DNA from: an uncultured archaeon
Lineage (GTDB): Archaea; Asgardarchaeota; Lokiarchaeia; Sigyniarchaeales; SOKP01
Length of the DNA stretch: 64,000 bases
Assembly: GCA_964583985.1 (NCBI GenBank)
Contig: CAZOYD010000010.1
Coordinates: 16,403-80,402 of the forward strand
Reading direction: 5' to 3'
Shown here in pieces: positions 41,075 through 51,393 of this stretch. The translations under genes were made by a program, and so were the position numbers. Numbering within the stretch: the stretch's first letter is position 1; each line of letters begins with the position of its first letter. Under the pieces are notes generated by a model. That model saw only the letters and a list, made by a program, of their open reading frames with translations, was not told the origin of the DNA and did no database searches.

Positions 41075-41095
41075 AAGTCTTTATATATTATCAGA
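41075..41095 (-). promoter_or_regulatory. TATA-box promoter of the TFS-like gene
   Basis: TAATATATAAAG on the minus strand ~55 nt upstream of the ATG; near-identical to 40614-40634. Confidence 0.45.
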
Positions 41096-41306
41096 AATAT
41101 TAAAAATGTAAAACACTTATATTCTTTTCTATTCTAATGTCTATGTGATGCAGAATCAAGTATAAAAATCTTCTTCTAAAAATACTAATAATTTGTGCGA
41201 AAAAGAATTAAGATTATTAAGGTAAAATACTAAAATTAGATAAAAAATTATGGGTATTATAATAGCCGCATAATTCAAGAAAAATTAAATTTTAACCCGA
41301 TATATT

Positions 41307-42047
41307 ATGAATGAGAAAAAGGATCAAATTGTAGTAATGGGTCATCGTGGAGCAAGCAAAGTAGCACCTGAGAATACTCTCCAATCTTTTAGGAAGGCAA
41401 TTGAATTAAAAGCAGATTTTATTGAATTTGATGTTTTACAATCACGTGATGGAGAATTAGTGGTAACTCACGATGAAAACCTATCCCGCTTAACAGGGAA
41501 AAATAGATTGGTTAAAGAGATGACTTTAAAAGAATTGAAACAGTTGGATTTTGGAAACGGGGAAAAAATACCTACACTAAGTGAACTTATTGAAGTCACT
41601 AAGGATCATATAAAATTGAACTGTGAAATTAAAGTTAAAGGGATTGCAAAGAAAATTATAGATTTATTTCGAGTTAAAAATATCGTTGATACTAGTATCG
41701 TTAGCTCTTTTTTACATGATGAATTATTGGAATTTCAGTTAGAAGAACCTAATTTGAAATTAGCTTCATTAGAACCAACGCTAGGAGTAACTAAGTTCGA
41801 TTGGAATATAAAAAAGAAGATGATTGATTATTGTATCGACAATAATTTATTTGCCATTAATCCAATAGTAATGCTTGTTGACCAACAATTTGTTGACTAT
41901 GCTCACGAAAATGAAATAAAAATTTTTCCTTGGACAGTAGATACAAAAATTTCAATAAAGAAATTAATAAATTTTGGTGTGGATGGAATAATCACGAACG
42001 ATATAGAAACAGTAAGAAATCTTTTGGAAAAATATAAAAAATTGTGA
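41307..42047 (+). CDS. Glycerophosphodiester phosphodiesterase
   Basis: GHRGAS..APENT, IEFDV, VTHD, EIK and GVDGIITND motifs. Confidence 0.92.
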   Translation: MNEKKDQIVVMGHRGASKVAPENTLQSFRKAIELKADFIEFDVLQSRDGELVVTHDENLSRLTGKNRLVKEMTLKELKQLDFGNGEKIPTLSELIEVTKDHIKLNCEIKVKGIAKKIIDLFRVKNIVDTSIVSSFLHDELLEFQLEEPNLKLASLEPTLGVTKFDWNIKKKMIDYCIDNNLFAINPIVMLVDQQFVDYAHENEIKIFPWTVDTKISIKKLINFGVDGIITNDIETVRNLLEKYKKL

Positions 42048-42769
42048 CTAAAATGAAAGAGAAAATATTAGTTATAGGACATAAAGGAGCTAGTAACATC
42101 GCTCCCGGAAACACTCTTTTGGCTTTTCGAAAAGCAATAGAACTTAAAGCAGATTATATCGAATTTGATATCCATAAATCCCTTGATGGAGAAATAGTCA
42201 TTATACATGATAATGACACGTATAGTGTTACTGGAAAGCAAGGATTAATTAAGGAACTAACTTTAAAAGAAATACAAGGATTAGATGCGGGAAGTGGTGA
42301 AAAAATTCCAACTCTTATCGATCTAATTAAAATAGCAAAAGACAAGATAAATCTCCAACCAGAAATTAAAGCTCCTGGATTAATTGATGATCTTGTCCAT
42401 ATTTTGATGAAAAATAAGTTGGAAAAAAAAACTATTATAAGCAGTTTTGATATTTCTCAATTAATAAAAATAAAAGAATGTGAACCTCGATTAAAAATAG
42501 GTTATCTAATTCCTTCAGAATTAACCCGACCTCGAATATTAAATCGATACATACAAAAAGCAGTAAGAAATGAATTTTATGCAATTCATCCACATTTTAC
42601 AGCTATTAGTAAGGAATTTGTCGATAATGCTCATGAAAATAATCTTAAAATAAATGTATGGACTGTCAATGAAGAGGATGAAATTATTAGATTGAAAGCC
42701 TTAGGAGTAGATGGAATTATTACTGATGATATCGAGTTAGTTCATAAATTGTTAGGGAACTTACAGTAA
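42044..42769 (+). CDS. Glycerophosphodiester phosphodiesterase (tandem paralog)
   Basis: GHKGAS..APGNT, IEFDI, IIHD, WTVN and GVDGIITDD motifs. Confidence 0.9.
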   Translation: MTKMKEKILVIGHKGASNIAPGNTLLAFRKAIELKADYIEFDIHKSLDGEIVIIHDNDTYSVTGKQGLIKELTLKEIQGLDAGSGEKIPTLIDLIKIAKDKINLQPEIKAPGLIDDLVHILMKNKLEKKTIISSFDISQLIKIKECEPRLKIGYLIPSELTRPRILNRYIQKAVRNEFYAIHPHFTAISKEFVDNAHENNLKINVWTVNEEDEIIRLKALGVDGIITDDIELVHKLLGNLQ

Positions 42770-42856
42770 TAAAATATTTTAGTCAAACTACATTATTTCT
42801 TTTAATTTTAACTTATTTTTAGATTTCACCACATAACTAAAATAGAGGATTCAAAC

Positions 42857-44314
42857 ATGGATTTATCGAAATTATTTTTCCCTGAATCAATTGGAATCAT
42901 TGGAGCGAGTTCTAATCCCGCTGGTGGGGGTTTTTTTTATAGGGTTATGAAGGATAAATTTAAAGGATCCATTTATTTATTCAATCCTAAATTAGCAGGA
43001 GGAAAATTATTTGGGGAACATGTATATTCATCAATTTTAGATGTTTCTGAACCAATCGATTACGTCATATTAGCGGTTCCTGCAAGAATAGTTCCACAAA
43101 TGTTAGAACAGATAGGTCAGAAACAGGTACCTTTTTGTACCATCTTTTCATCTGGATTTCGAGAAGTCGGAAATAAAGATCTTGAAAAAGCAACCTTAGA
43201 AATGGCGCGGAAGTATAATATTCGAATAATCGGTCCTAATTGCCTGGGGGTCTACAATCCCAGAGGGGGGCTTTACTTTGGTTTTGAGCAATCGAGAAAA
43301 TCCGGAAATTTTGGAGGCATCTTTCAATCTGGAGGTATTGCTCAGAATATATCCCAACTTGCAGTTTCTTATGGACTGTACATCTCAAAATTTATTTCGG
43401 TAGGAAATTCATTAGACATCTCTCCTGCAGATTTCTTAGATTATTTTATAGAAGATGAGCATACTAAAATAATAGGAATGTATATTGAAAACTTGCGATC
43501 GATTGCAACAGGGAGAAAATTCATGCAAATGATGAAAAAGTGTAATTTGAATCGAAAACCAGTGATATTATGGCGAGCAGGTTATGGAGAAGCGACAAAA
43601 AAAGCAATTCTTTCTCATACGGGTGGTTTAGCAGGGAATAACCAAATATGGAAAGCAATAGGAAAACAAACTGGGAGTTGTATTGTAAAAAGTTCAAATG
43701 AGCTTGCAGCCTTGGCTTCAGCATTCAATTTCGCGAGTTTACCTGATTCACGTAATGTCGGCGTAATTGGGATTGGAGGGGGATCAACGATAGAAGCTGT
43801 GGATATCTTGGAAAATTATAATCTAAAAATTCCTGCATTATCGGCAAAAACTATAAACAAAATGAGTCGATTCATTCCTGATGTGAATACAAATCTCACA
43901 AATCCAATTGATTTAGGAGGTATGGGAATTCAACCACACATATATTATCGGACTATCTTAGCGCTTGATAAGGATCCTAACATTTCTTCAATAGTGTTTA
44001 TTAAAGATCCTGAAAGGTTTGGAGGATTTACGGAAATTTTAAACGAATTAGGCTACCATGGCATGGATTTAAATCGAGAATTTATAAGGTACATCTCTAA
44101 AGCGAAAAGTGTTTGCACGAAACCGATGTATTGTGTGATGCTTAAAATTAATGAGGGATTTGAAGAATATAAGAGTAGATACAAATTCAAACTAAAGCTG
44201 CTTAATAGGAATGTCCCTGTTTTTGAATCATTGGAGCTCACAGGTTCAGTTCTTGATAAATTGAATAATTATCGAGAATTTCTTCAAAAATATGATAAAT
44301 TCCCCAAAAAATAG
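42857..44314 (+). CDS. acdA: Acyl-CoA synthetase (NDP-forming) alpha subunit
   Basis: CoA-binding IGAS, IIGPNCLG, QSGG, phospho-His SHTG and NPID motifs. Confidence 0.88.
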   Translation: MDLSKLFFPESIGIIGASSNPAGGGFFYRVMKDKFKGSIYLFNPKLAGGKLFGEHVYSSILDVSEPIDYVILAVPARIVPQMLEQIGQKQVPFCTIFSSGFREVGNKDLEKATLEMARKYNIRIIGPNCLGVYNPRGGLYFGFEQSRKSGNFGGIFQSGGIAQNISQLAVSYGLYISKFISVGNSLDISPADFLDYFIEDEHTKIIGMYIENLRSIATGRKFMQMMKKCNLNRKPVILWRAGYGEATKKAILSHTGGLAGNNQIWKAIGKQTGSCIVKSSNELAALASAFNFASLPDSRNVGVIGIGGGSTIEAVDILENYNLKIPALSAKTINKMSRFIPDVNTNLTNPIDLGGMGIQPHIYYRTILALDKDPNISSIVFIKDPERFGGFTEILNELGYHGMDLNREFIRYISKAKSVCTKPMYCVMLKINEGFEEYKSRYKFKLKLLNRNVPVFESLELTGSVLDKLNNYREFLQKYDKFPKK

Positions 44315-44326
44315 TAATTTTTATAT

Positions 44327-45112
44327 CTATTTCAAGTGTTTCACTTCAATTGGTCTTCCAGGACTTCCTTGATAATAAAACTTTTCCGGTTTTCCTCTCC
44401 AATTTTTATGTAAGACTGTATTAGGGAAAATAACATTATTACTTGTTGTCAAGGCATTTGGCCCGACGATATTTCCTGGATAAAGTGTAGTGTTGTTATC
44501 TAATTTAATTTCCATTATAGAAATTTTTCCAAATATTGAATTAACAGCATGAGATGATAATGCAGCTGTAGGATAAATAAATACATCATTCCCTAAATCT
44601 GTAAATTCTAATCCCACATACGCATCGCAATAGATTACATTTTTCCCTATCTTATTATGGCCAACTTTTCGTAGAGTTCTATTAACTAACCATGGAAATA
44701 TGGATTTAGATGTAAGCCACATGGGATATTTAATAATGAAACCACGCTTGTGATAATATTTGATCATCTTTCCTTCTTCACTATTAATGTCATCAAGTTC
44801 TCTTTTGAACACGCCTTGACGGGGGGGTGATTTTCGATGCCAATAATTAGCCCAGAAGGCAGTGAATTCAACTAAAATAATTAGATATAGATAATATAAA
44901 ATTAAGAGAACTATAGGCAGGATGATCAAATGAATGATCAATGGAATTGAAAATAAAATGATGAAATAATATTCAAATATGAGAAATAAACCCAAACATG
45001 CATATAAAGGTACAATAAAACTTATAATGTTAATCTTAAAGAAATCTAAGGCTGGTAAATTGACAGTTTGTTTTTTTTCTTCTTGACCTTCTTTATCTTT
45101 GGTTGCATTCAT
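44327..45112 (-). CDS. Membrane protein with C-terminal left-handed beta-helix (acyltransferase-like)
   Basis: Two N-terminal TM segments, then LRKVGHNKIGKNV, hexapeptide repeats and YQGSPGR. Confidence 0.65.
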   Translation of the reverse strand: MNATKDKEGQEEKKQTVNLPALDFFKINIISFIVPLYACLGLFLIFEYYFIILFSIPLIIHLIILPIVLLILYYLYLIILVEFTAFWANYWHRKSPPRQGVFKRELDDINSEEGKMIKYYHKRGFIIKYPMWLTSKSIFPWLVNRTLRKVGHNKIGKNVIYCDAYVGLEFTDLGNDVFIYPTAALSSHAVNSIFGKISIMEIKLDNNTTLYPGNIVGPNALTTSNNVIFPNTVLHKNWRGKPEKFYYQGSPGRPIEVKHLK

Positions 45113-45347
45113 TATAAGAAGATATAAATCCTCTCAATAAAAAAATATGTGATCGTTTTTATAATAAAAAATAAAGTAAAATTTCATAGAAAACTGGATT
45201 TGAAATAATTAGAAAATTGAACAGTTCCTCATTTTTTATACGAATACAGTATAACGAAATACTTTAATAATAATTTTTGATTTTACTCTTTAATTTGGGA
45301 ATTATAGGTACCTATTCATAATCAATACAAAGAAAAATAAGATTTTT

Positions 45348-46574
45348 ATATCTGGACTCAACGAAAAAAAAATATTTAAATATCGAAACTTAACACCCCT
45401 CTGGATTTCTGTCTTTACAGATATAATAGGATTTTCTTTAATCCTTCCCATGTCTGGATTCTTTCAAGATCTTTATCACACCACTACTATTATGATCGGA
45501 TTAGTTTTTTCCATTAATGCCATGTTTGGTTTTGTTTTTGGTCCAATATTGGGAAAACTTAGTGATAAATTTGGAAGAAGACCCTTGTTATTAATTTCTC
45601 AGTTTGGTACTCTAATTGGATTTGTATTATTAGCGTTTTCAAATTCACTAGAACTTCTAATTTTCTCAAGAATTATTGATGGGGTTTTTGGAGGAAATTT
45701 TCCTATAGCAAAAGCGATTGTGAGCGATGTTGTACCTCCTAAGGATAGGGGAATACAAATGGCTAACATAGGAATAGCTCATGTTTTAGCCTCTCTCATT
45801 GGACCTGGATTAGGTGGTATATTTTTTTCAATTGGGGGCCTTTTTCTCAGTGGTATCTTTGCTGCTGGTTTATCCGCTTTCACAATGATTCTCACAATCT
45901 CCGTGTTAAAAGAATCATGGCCTAAAGAGCAAAGAATGGAGTCTCACAAACTTTTAAAAGCAAATAATGAAAAAATCTTTAGTAATAAAAATGCAGTATT
46001 TCTTCTAACACTTTTTGGATTTCATTCCGTATCATTTATGATAATGATGAGCTCAATATCCTTTTTTGGGGTATTAGTTCTTAAATTAGGGATTTTAGAA
46101 ATATCTTTAATATTGATGGTGTCAGGAATTGTTCGTACAACCATTCGTTTTACGCTTTTTAAACCAACTCTTAGGAAACTAGGAGAAAGCAATGCAATTA
46201 GGTTGGGTTTATCTATATTTCTAGTTTGTTTCTTCTTCATTGGATTTTCTCCAAATGTTATGATATTCTTCATCTTATTGATGGTAATCAGCTTTGCAGC
46301 TTCTTTAACGAGGGGACCTTTAAATAGCATGATTAGTCAAACTGTTTCATCAAAAATTCAAGGAAAAATTAATGGTTATGGTTCTTCTTTGGATAGCTTT
46401 GCTCAAATTGTTGGACCGTTGATTGGTACATTCATTCTTCAGTTTTTTATGCCCTTTTGGTTAGGTATTGTCATAGCCGCTTTTGCTTTTCCTCCATTCA
46501 TTATGGCTTTTCAAAAAATTGAATCTAAAAAATACATACTTCCATCATTTAGAGAGGAAAATACTATAGGATAA
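45348..46574 (+). CDS. MFS transporter (TetA/DHA1-like)
   Basis: Motif A GKLSDKFGRRP, RIIDG and GPGLGG. TM1 (VFTDIIGFSLILP) lies upstream of the first ATG (45450), so the start is placed at ATA 45348. Confidence 0.85.
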   Translation: MSGLNEKKIFKYRNLTPLWISVFTDIIGFSLILPMSGFFQDLYHTTTIMIGLVFSINAMFGFVFGPILGKLSDKFGRRPLLLISQFGTLIGFVLLAFSNSLELLIFSRIIDGVFGGNFPIAKAIVSDVVPPKDRGIQMANIGIAHVLASLIGPGLGGIFFSIGGLFLSGIFAAGLSAFTMILTISVLKESWPKEQRMESHKLLKANNEKIFSNKNAVFLLTLFGFHSVSFMIMMSSISFFGVLVLKLGILEISLILMVSGIVRTTIRFTLFKPTLRKLGESNAIRLGLSIFLVCFFFIGFSPNVMIFFILLMVISFAASLTRGPLNSMISQTVSSKIQGKINGYGSSLDSFAQIVGPLIGTFILQFFMPFWLGIVIAAFAFPPFIMAFQKIESKKYILPSFREENTIG

Positions 46575-46621
46575 AACGAGTGTAAGATCTGTAAAAATAA
46601 GATTATTGAAAAAAAATTTAT

Positions 46622-47458
46622 TTATTCTTTTAAAAAATCAATTATAGCTTGATTAACTTCGGGTGCTTTTTCTAAAGGGCTACTATGTCCTGCTTTTTCA
46701 ATTACTATAAATTTACTATTAGGTATTTCATTATGAATTTCTTCCATTGAGCTTTTTGGAGTTAATCTGTCGTGTGATGCTGTTATAATCAACGTAGGAC
46801 TTTTAATCGTTTTTAATCTATCGAATGTATCATGTGTTTTTAACGCACTTGCTTGCATTTCAATATCTTCTGCCGTAGGAGAATCAATTATGCTTGTTTC
46901 TATCATATCCTCGGCTGACCATAATCCATACCATTTTTTAGAAGGATTTGCTTCCATTTCTTTCCGAAACTTTATATAATATCCACTTCTAGCTCCATCC
47001 CACCACGCTTTCACGTGATCAATTTTTTTTTGCTTTTCTTCTTCTAAACGCATGTTTTTATACACTAATGGACCATCTTCATCTGGAAATCCGTAATTAG
47101 TATTGATTAAAATAACCTTTTTTATTTTCTCTGGATATTTTAAAAGGAAATTTTGTACAATCATCCCACCAAGCGACCACCCCGCTATATTGGTCTTTTC
47201 AATACCCAAAAAGTCCATCAAACCTTTAATATCATCGGCGAATACGTCCATCGTATAGTTTCCTTTAGGACGATCACTTTTTCCAGCACCCCTATTATCA
47301 AATCGGATCACTTTGAAATGTTTAGATAACACGGGAAATTGAGCAATCCAACTCTCCTTTTTACTGCCAAATCCATGCACTAAAAAGAGTGGTTCCCCAT
47401 CTCCGGCTATTTCATAGCAAATTTTAATACCATTAACTTCTGCATATTGTTCTGTCAT
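46622..47458 (-). CDS. Alpha/beta hydrolase
   Basis: HGFG, DNRGAGKS, nucleophile GWSLGG, D (HDRL) and H (AGH). Confidence 0.92.
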   Translation of the reverse strand: MTEQYAEVNGIKICYEIAGDGEPLFLVHGFGSKKESWIAQFPVLSKHFKVIRFDNRGAGKSDRPKGNYTMDVFADDIKGLMDFLGIEKTNIAGWSLGGMIVQNFLLKYPEKIKKVILINTNYGFPDEDGPLVYKNMRLEEEKQKKIDHVKAWWDGARSGYYIKFRKEMEANPSKKWYGLWSAEDMIETSIIDSPTAEDIEMQASALKTHDTFDRLKTIKSPTLIITASHDRLTPKSSMEEIHNEIPNSKFIVIEKAGHSSPLEKAPEVNQAIIDFLKE

Positions 47459-47544
47459 TTTTTTTGATTCCTCATTTCATAGATTATCTATCAAATCTCA
47501 TGTTTAGATTAAGCTTTTTAGTCAATTATGATATAGTAAAAAGA

Positions 47545-48384
47545 TTAGGATTTTAAAAAATCTATGATAAGTTGATTAATTTCAGGGGCTCTTTCTTTTG
47601 GAGAATCATGTCCTGCTCCTTCGATAACAACTAATTTGGCATTTGGTAAATTTTCGTAGATCTTGACATTTACAGCTTTGGGCATTTGTCTATCTTTATC
47701 AGCACAAATTACTAACACTTCATTCTTTATTGCTTTTAATTGATCTATAACGTCCATGTGTCCCAATGCATTTACCTGATTTGTGATATCTTGAGGCGTT
47801 GATGGATTAATCTTAGATTGCTCAATGAGATCTTCAGCTGACCATAACCCAAAAAATTTTTTCTTGGGATCTGCTTTCATTTCTTTTAAAAAATCACGTG
47901 TAAATCCCATTTTTGCTCGTTCGTAAAAAGTAGAAACGGGATCTTTCATTGTATTATAATAACCTTCGATTTGGCTATTTTTATACATTTCTAATCCAGA
48001 TTTATCTGATGGCCATTGTGCCATTGTGTTAATTAATATCAATTTATCCAAGCGTTTCTGATATTTAATCGCGAAGTGTTGAGCTATCATTCCACCTAGT
48101 GACCAACCTATTACACTCGCCTTTTCAATATTTAAATCATCCATTAACCCCCTTATATCATCTGCAAACATTTCCATCATGTAAGGCTCATTCGGACGAT
48201 CAGAATTTCCAGCACCTCTATTATCAAACCTTATCACTTTAAACTCTTTGGCTAAAGGTTGAAATTGAGCAATCCAGACCTCCTTAGAGACGCCAAATCC
48301 ATGAACTAAAAATACGGGTTTTCCTTCTCCCGCCATCTCATAGGATAATTTTATCCCATTTACTTCAGCAAATTGACCTGTCAT
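47545..48384 (-). CDS. Alpha/beta hydrolase (tandem paralog)
   Basis: HGFG, DNRGAGNS, GWSLGG and AGH motifs; closely similar to the neighbouring gene. Confidence 0.92.
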   Translation of the reverse strand: MTGQFAEVNGIKLSYEMAGEGKPVFLVHGFGVSKEVWIAQFQPLAKEFKVIRFDNRGAGNSDRPNEPYMMEMFADDIRGLMDDLNIEKASVIGWSLGGMIAQHFAIKYQKRLDKLILINTMAQWPSDKSGLEMYKNSQIEGYYNTMKDPVSTFYERAKMGFTRDFLKEMKADPKKKFFGLWSAEDLIEQSKINPSTPQDITNQVNALGHMDVIDQLKAIKNEVLVICADKDRQMPKAVNVKIYENLPNAKLVVIEGAGHDSPKERAPEINQLIIDFLKS

Positions 48385-48520
48385 AATTTTTTAACTCTGC
48401 TAATTTTAATGTTACTTTAACAAGGCTTGTGGTATATTTAAGATTTTTTTAAAAAAAATAAAACTATTTAAGATTGCTGAGCTAAATACAGTTTAGATAA
48501 TAAAATTAGGAGGAAACATT

Positions 48521-49282
48521 TTGGGAGAAGTAAAAGTCATTATTTCAAGCAGCACTGGAAGTGATCTCCATGGAATCCATTATATATGCGATAAAGAATT
48601 AGAAAAGAAAAGAATTCTCATTATATGTCATGGTTTTACAGGAGATAAATATGAATGGGGGCGTTTTCCTAAGCTAGCTAATGCTCTAAATAAAGAAAAA
48701 ATTGATGCGTTAACTTTTGACTTTACTGGTTCAGGTGAAAACAAAAGAGTACCCATTACTCTATCAAAACAGATCCAAGATGTAGAGTCTGTATATAATT
48801 GGGTAAAAAATAAGGGATATGAGGAAATCGCCATACTAGGTCTCTCTTTTGGAGGTCGCACTGTACTAGGAGCAAATTTACCGGAGATTAAAGCTTATGT
48901 ATTTTGGGCACCAGCTCTTTTTATACAATCATCAGAAGATCAAGTAAATTGGTTCAAAGATTTGGATAAGGGACCAGTAAAAATTCCCTCTTCTGGAGAT
49001 GGTGAACCAATTATAATTGAACTTAGTTTTGTCACAGAATTTGCTAAATTTAGAGTAAAACCTGCCTTAAAGAAGCTAGATACTCCTACTCTTATAATTC
49101 AAGGCACCTCGGATAAGTCAGTTCCAGTAGAGCTTACAAGGAAAGCATTCCAATTATTACCTAAAGATGAACATCATGAACTGATTGAAATCCAAGATGC
49201 TACTCATGATTTTGAAGGAACACACTTGAAATTATTTATCAATAAAACAGTAAAGTGGTTGAAAAACATCTTTAAATTATGA
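48521..49282 (+). CDS. Alpha/beta hydrolase (esterase-like)
   Basis: CHGFTG, FDFTGSGE, GLSFGG, QGTSD and ATH motifs. Confidence 0.88.
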   Translation: MGEVKVIISSSTGSDLHGIHYICDKELEKKRILIICHGFTGDKYEWGRFPKLANALNKEKIDALTFDFTGSGENKRVPITLSKQIQDVESVYNWVKNKGYEEIAILGLSFGGRTVLGANLPEIKAYVFWAPALFIQSSEDQVNWFKDLDKGPVKIPSSGDGEPIIIELSFVTEFAKFRVKPALKKLDTPTLIIQGTSDKSVPVELTRKAFQLLPKDEHHELIEIQDATHDFEGTHLKLFINKTVKWLKNIFKL

Positions 49283-49291
49283 AATAAATTT

Positions 49292-51343
49292 TTATCGATA
49301 ATAGAATTCTTTCACAATTATTTGGCAAAATTTCAGCATTTTATTGCCTAACTCTAATTCATTTCGAGTGCTTGTGAGTATCCAATCTTTACCATACATT
49401 TTATTCAGATAATCGCCTTGAGAATCTATAGAAAATGCAAATATTTTAAACTTTTTTCTAACATCTTGAATATCTGGAATTGCATCTGTCAAATTATATC
49501 CTCCGTCTGCTGCAGGCTGTCCATCTGATACAACTATTATTATATCTTTCTTTTCCAGTTTTTCAGATTCGTGTTTTATGGAAATTCCATCTAAATTTTG
49601 ACGTGAAGTATTATGGCAACCAAATTTATCAACATAACTTAATTTCAAAGGTTCATTGAAATCTTTCACCAAAATATTCAAAGCGTCATAGGTTCCTGTG
49701 AATAATACAATTCTAATATTAGCCAAATCTTCAAGTGCTTCGTACAACATTATCATAGCTATTTTTGCAGCTCGAATTTTCATACCCCTCATACTACCGC
49801 TAATATCTACTATTAAAAGCAATCTTAATTCTTTATTTCTTATTTTCCTTGTAAAGCATTGATTAAATTGATAATCGCTGGTAATTGCTTTTATAAACTT
49901 GTTGTTTAACCTCCCTTTCTTCTGAAATGTATCAAATGCAGCTTTATTTTTCAAGTCAGTAAAGATTAATTTCATTTTTTTGATAATACCTTGATAATTA
50001 ACCTTAATTTGGGCATAAGTCATTGTATCAGGACACATGTGCTGATTCTCAATTTTCACATCGATAACTTTTCTCTCACGTTTACCCTTATTTGGATATA
50101 AAAAATAATTATCTCCTCCTAAAATTAAAAGTCGTTCTTTCATTACATTATCTGCTTGCTTAACTAGAGTACTGATACTCTTCAAAGTTTTAACTTTTTT
50201 AGCATCATTTCCAAAGGAAATATTCTCATCGTCCTTATTTTTTGAATAAATTTTCAAATCATCTAATTTAAATCTCGTTTTGATGAGATCATCAAGTTCG
50301 TTACCTTTTTCTTTACTATTCTCATGTAGATTGTCACTATTTTCACTTTTACTCATATCCTTATTTATAATTTCTTCTTCTATTCTAAATTTTCCTTTTT
50401 TGGATTTATTCTGACTCCTACTTTTTCCGTTATTATTTATATCCCCTTTAGATTTTATCTTTTCTTCAGGATCTTCTAATTGGTCTAAATCTTCAGGTTT
50501 TATATCAAAATTTTTTAATTTTTCGATGAGCTCTTCGCTAATTTTATCTAAATCCGATTTTTCTCTCAGATTTTTATTTTGGGAATTCATTTCAATATGA
50601 TTGATTGTGTTCATACAAGAAGCGGGATTCATGCGAGGATTTTGTTTCGTATTCGGATTAGAAATATTGGGTCCTTGTGTCGAACTCCCATTTTCTTTAG
50701 GAATATACTTTTTGAGAATTTTACATAATACATCACAAGAAATGATAGACGTACTTGGGTTTAATGACTTAAATAGAAAATTTTTGACTTTTGATACTCC
50801 TATCCAATCTTTTTCACTTAAACTAAATACCCCCAAAGATGGTTTTTTTTGAAACTCATCATAATCTTCCATATACATGTTAATATATAATAAAATGTTT
50901 TTATTTGATTGAATTGATAATCTAATTTGTGGTAATATCTTAAAAGTTAAATCTCTCAAATTTCTATAAAATCCCGGAAATTTAATGTTATTAATCGCAT
51001 TTATTCTAACATCTTCAATGACATTAATTAAATTTTTAATAAAAGCTGGGGGTAAATCGTATTTTTTAGAGAGAGTGTTAATCAATTTTATAAATCCAAG
51101 TTCAAATGAACCATATCCAATATGACCACTTTCATGAGCAACAAGACCCTGAGATGCTTTCAGATCTTTTCTAAATTTCTCGGGTAAATATACAAAAATG
51201 CTATCGGTATAGACACCATGAATATTATTTCTAAACTGTATCATTAAGTCCTTGTTTCCACTGATTCTTTTCCCTATATTAATCAAAGCTGATACATCGG
51301 AATTAAAATCTCTGTCATAAAGATCTATTAATTCATTAAACAT
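49292..51343 (-). CDS. vWA-domain protein with N-terminal HExxH region (CobT/NorD-like MoxR partner)
   Basis: AHESGH, NVIEDVRIN, low-complexity linker, MIDAS DISGS...SDG. Confidence 0.8.
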   Translation of the reverse strand: MFNELIDLYDRDFNSDVSALINIGKRISGNKDLMIQFRNNIHGVYTDSIFVYLPEKFRKDLKASQGLVAHESGHIGYGSFELGFIKLINTLSKKYDLPPAFIKNLINVIEDVRINAINNIKFPGFYRNLRDLTFKILPQIRLSIQSNKNILLYINMYMEDYDEFQKKPSLGVFSLSEKDWIGVSKVKNFLFKSLNPSTSIISCDVLCKILKKYIPKENGSSTQGPNISNPNTKQNPRMNPASCMNTINHIEMNSQNKNLREKSDLDKISEELIEKLKNFDIKPEDLDQLEDPEEKIKSKGDINNNGKSRSQNKSKKGKFRIEEEIINKDMSKSENSDNLHENSKEKGNELDDLIKTRFKLDDLKIYSKNKDDENISFGNDAKKVKTLKSISTLVKQADNVMKERLLILGGDNYFLYPNKGKRERKVIDVKIENQHMCPDTMTYAQIKVNYQGIIKKMKLIFTDLKNKAAFDTFQKKGRLNNKFIKAITSDYQFNQCFTRKIRNKELRLLLIVDISGSMRGMKIRAAKIAMIMLYEALEDLANIRIVLFTGTYDALNILVKDFNEPLKLSYVDKFGCHNTSRQNLDGISIKHESEKLEKKDIIIVVSDGQPAADGGYNLTDAIPDIQDVRKKFKIFAFSIDSQGDYLNKMYGKDWILTSTRNELELGNKMLKFCQIIVKEFYYR

Positions 51344-51393
51344 GACTATCTAACCTTTCAATTTGATTATATTTAATTAGAACACATTTAAAG

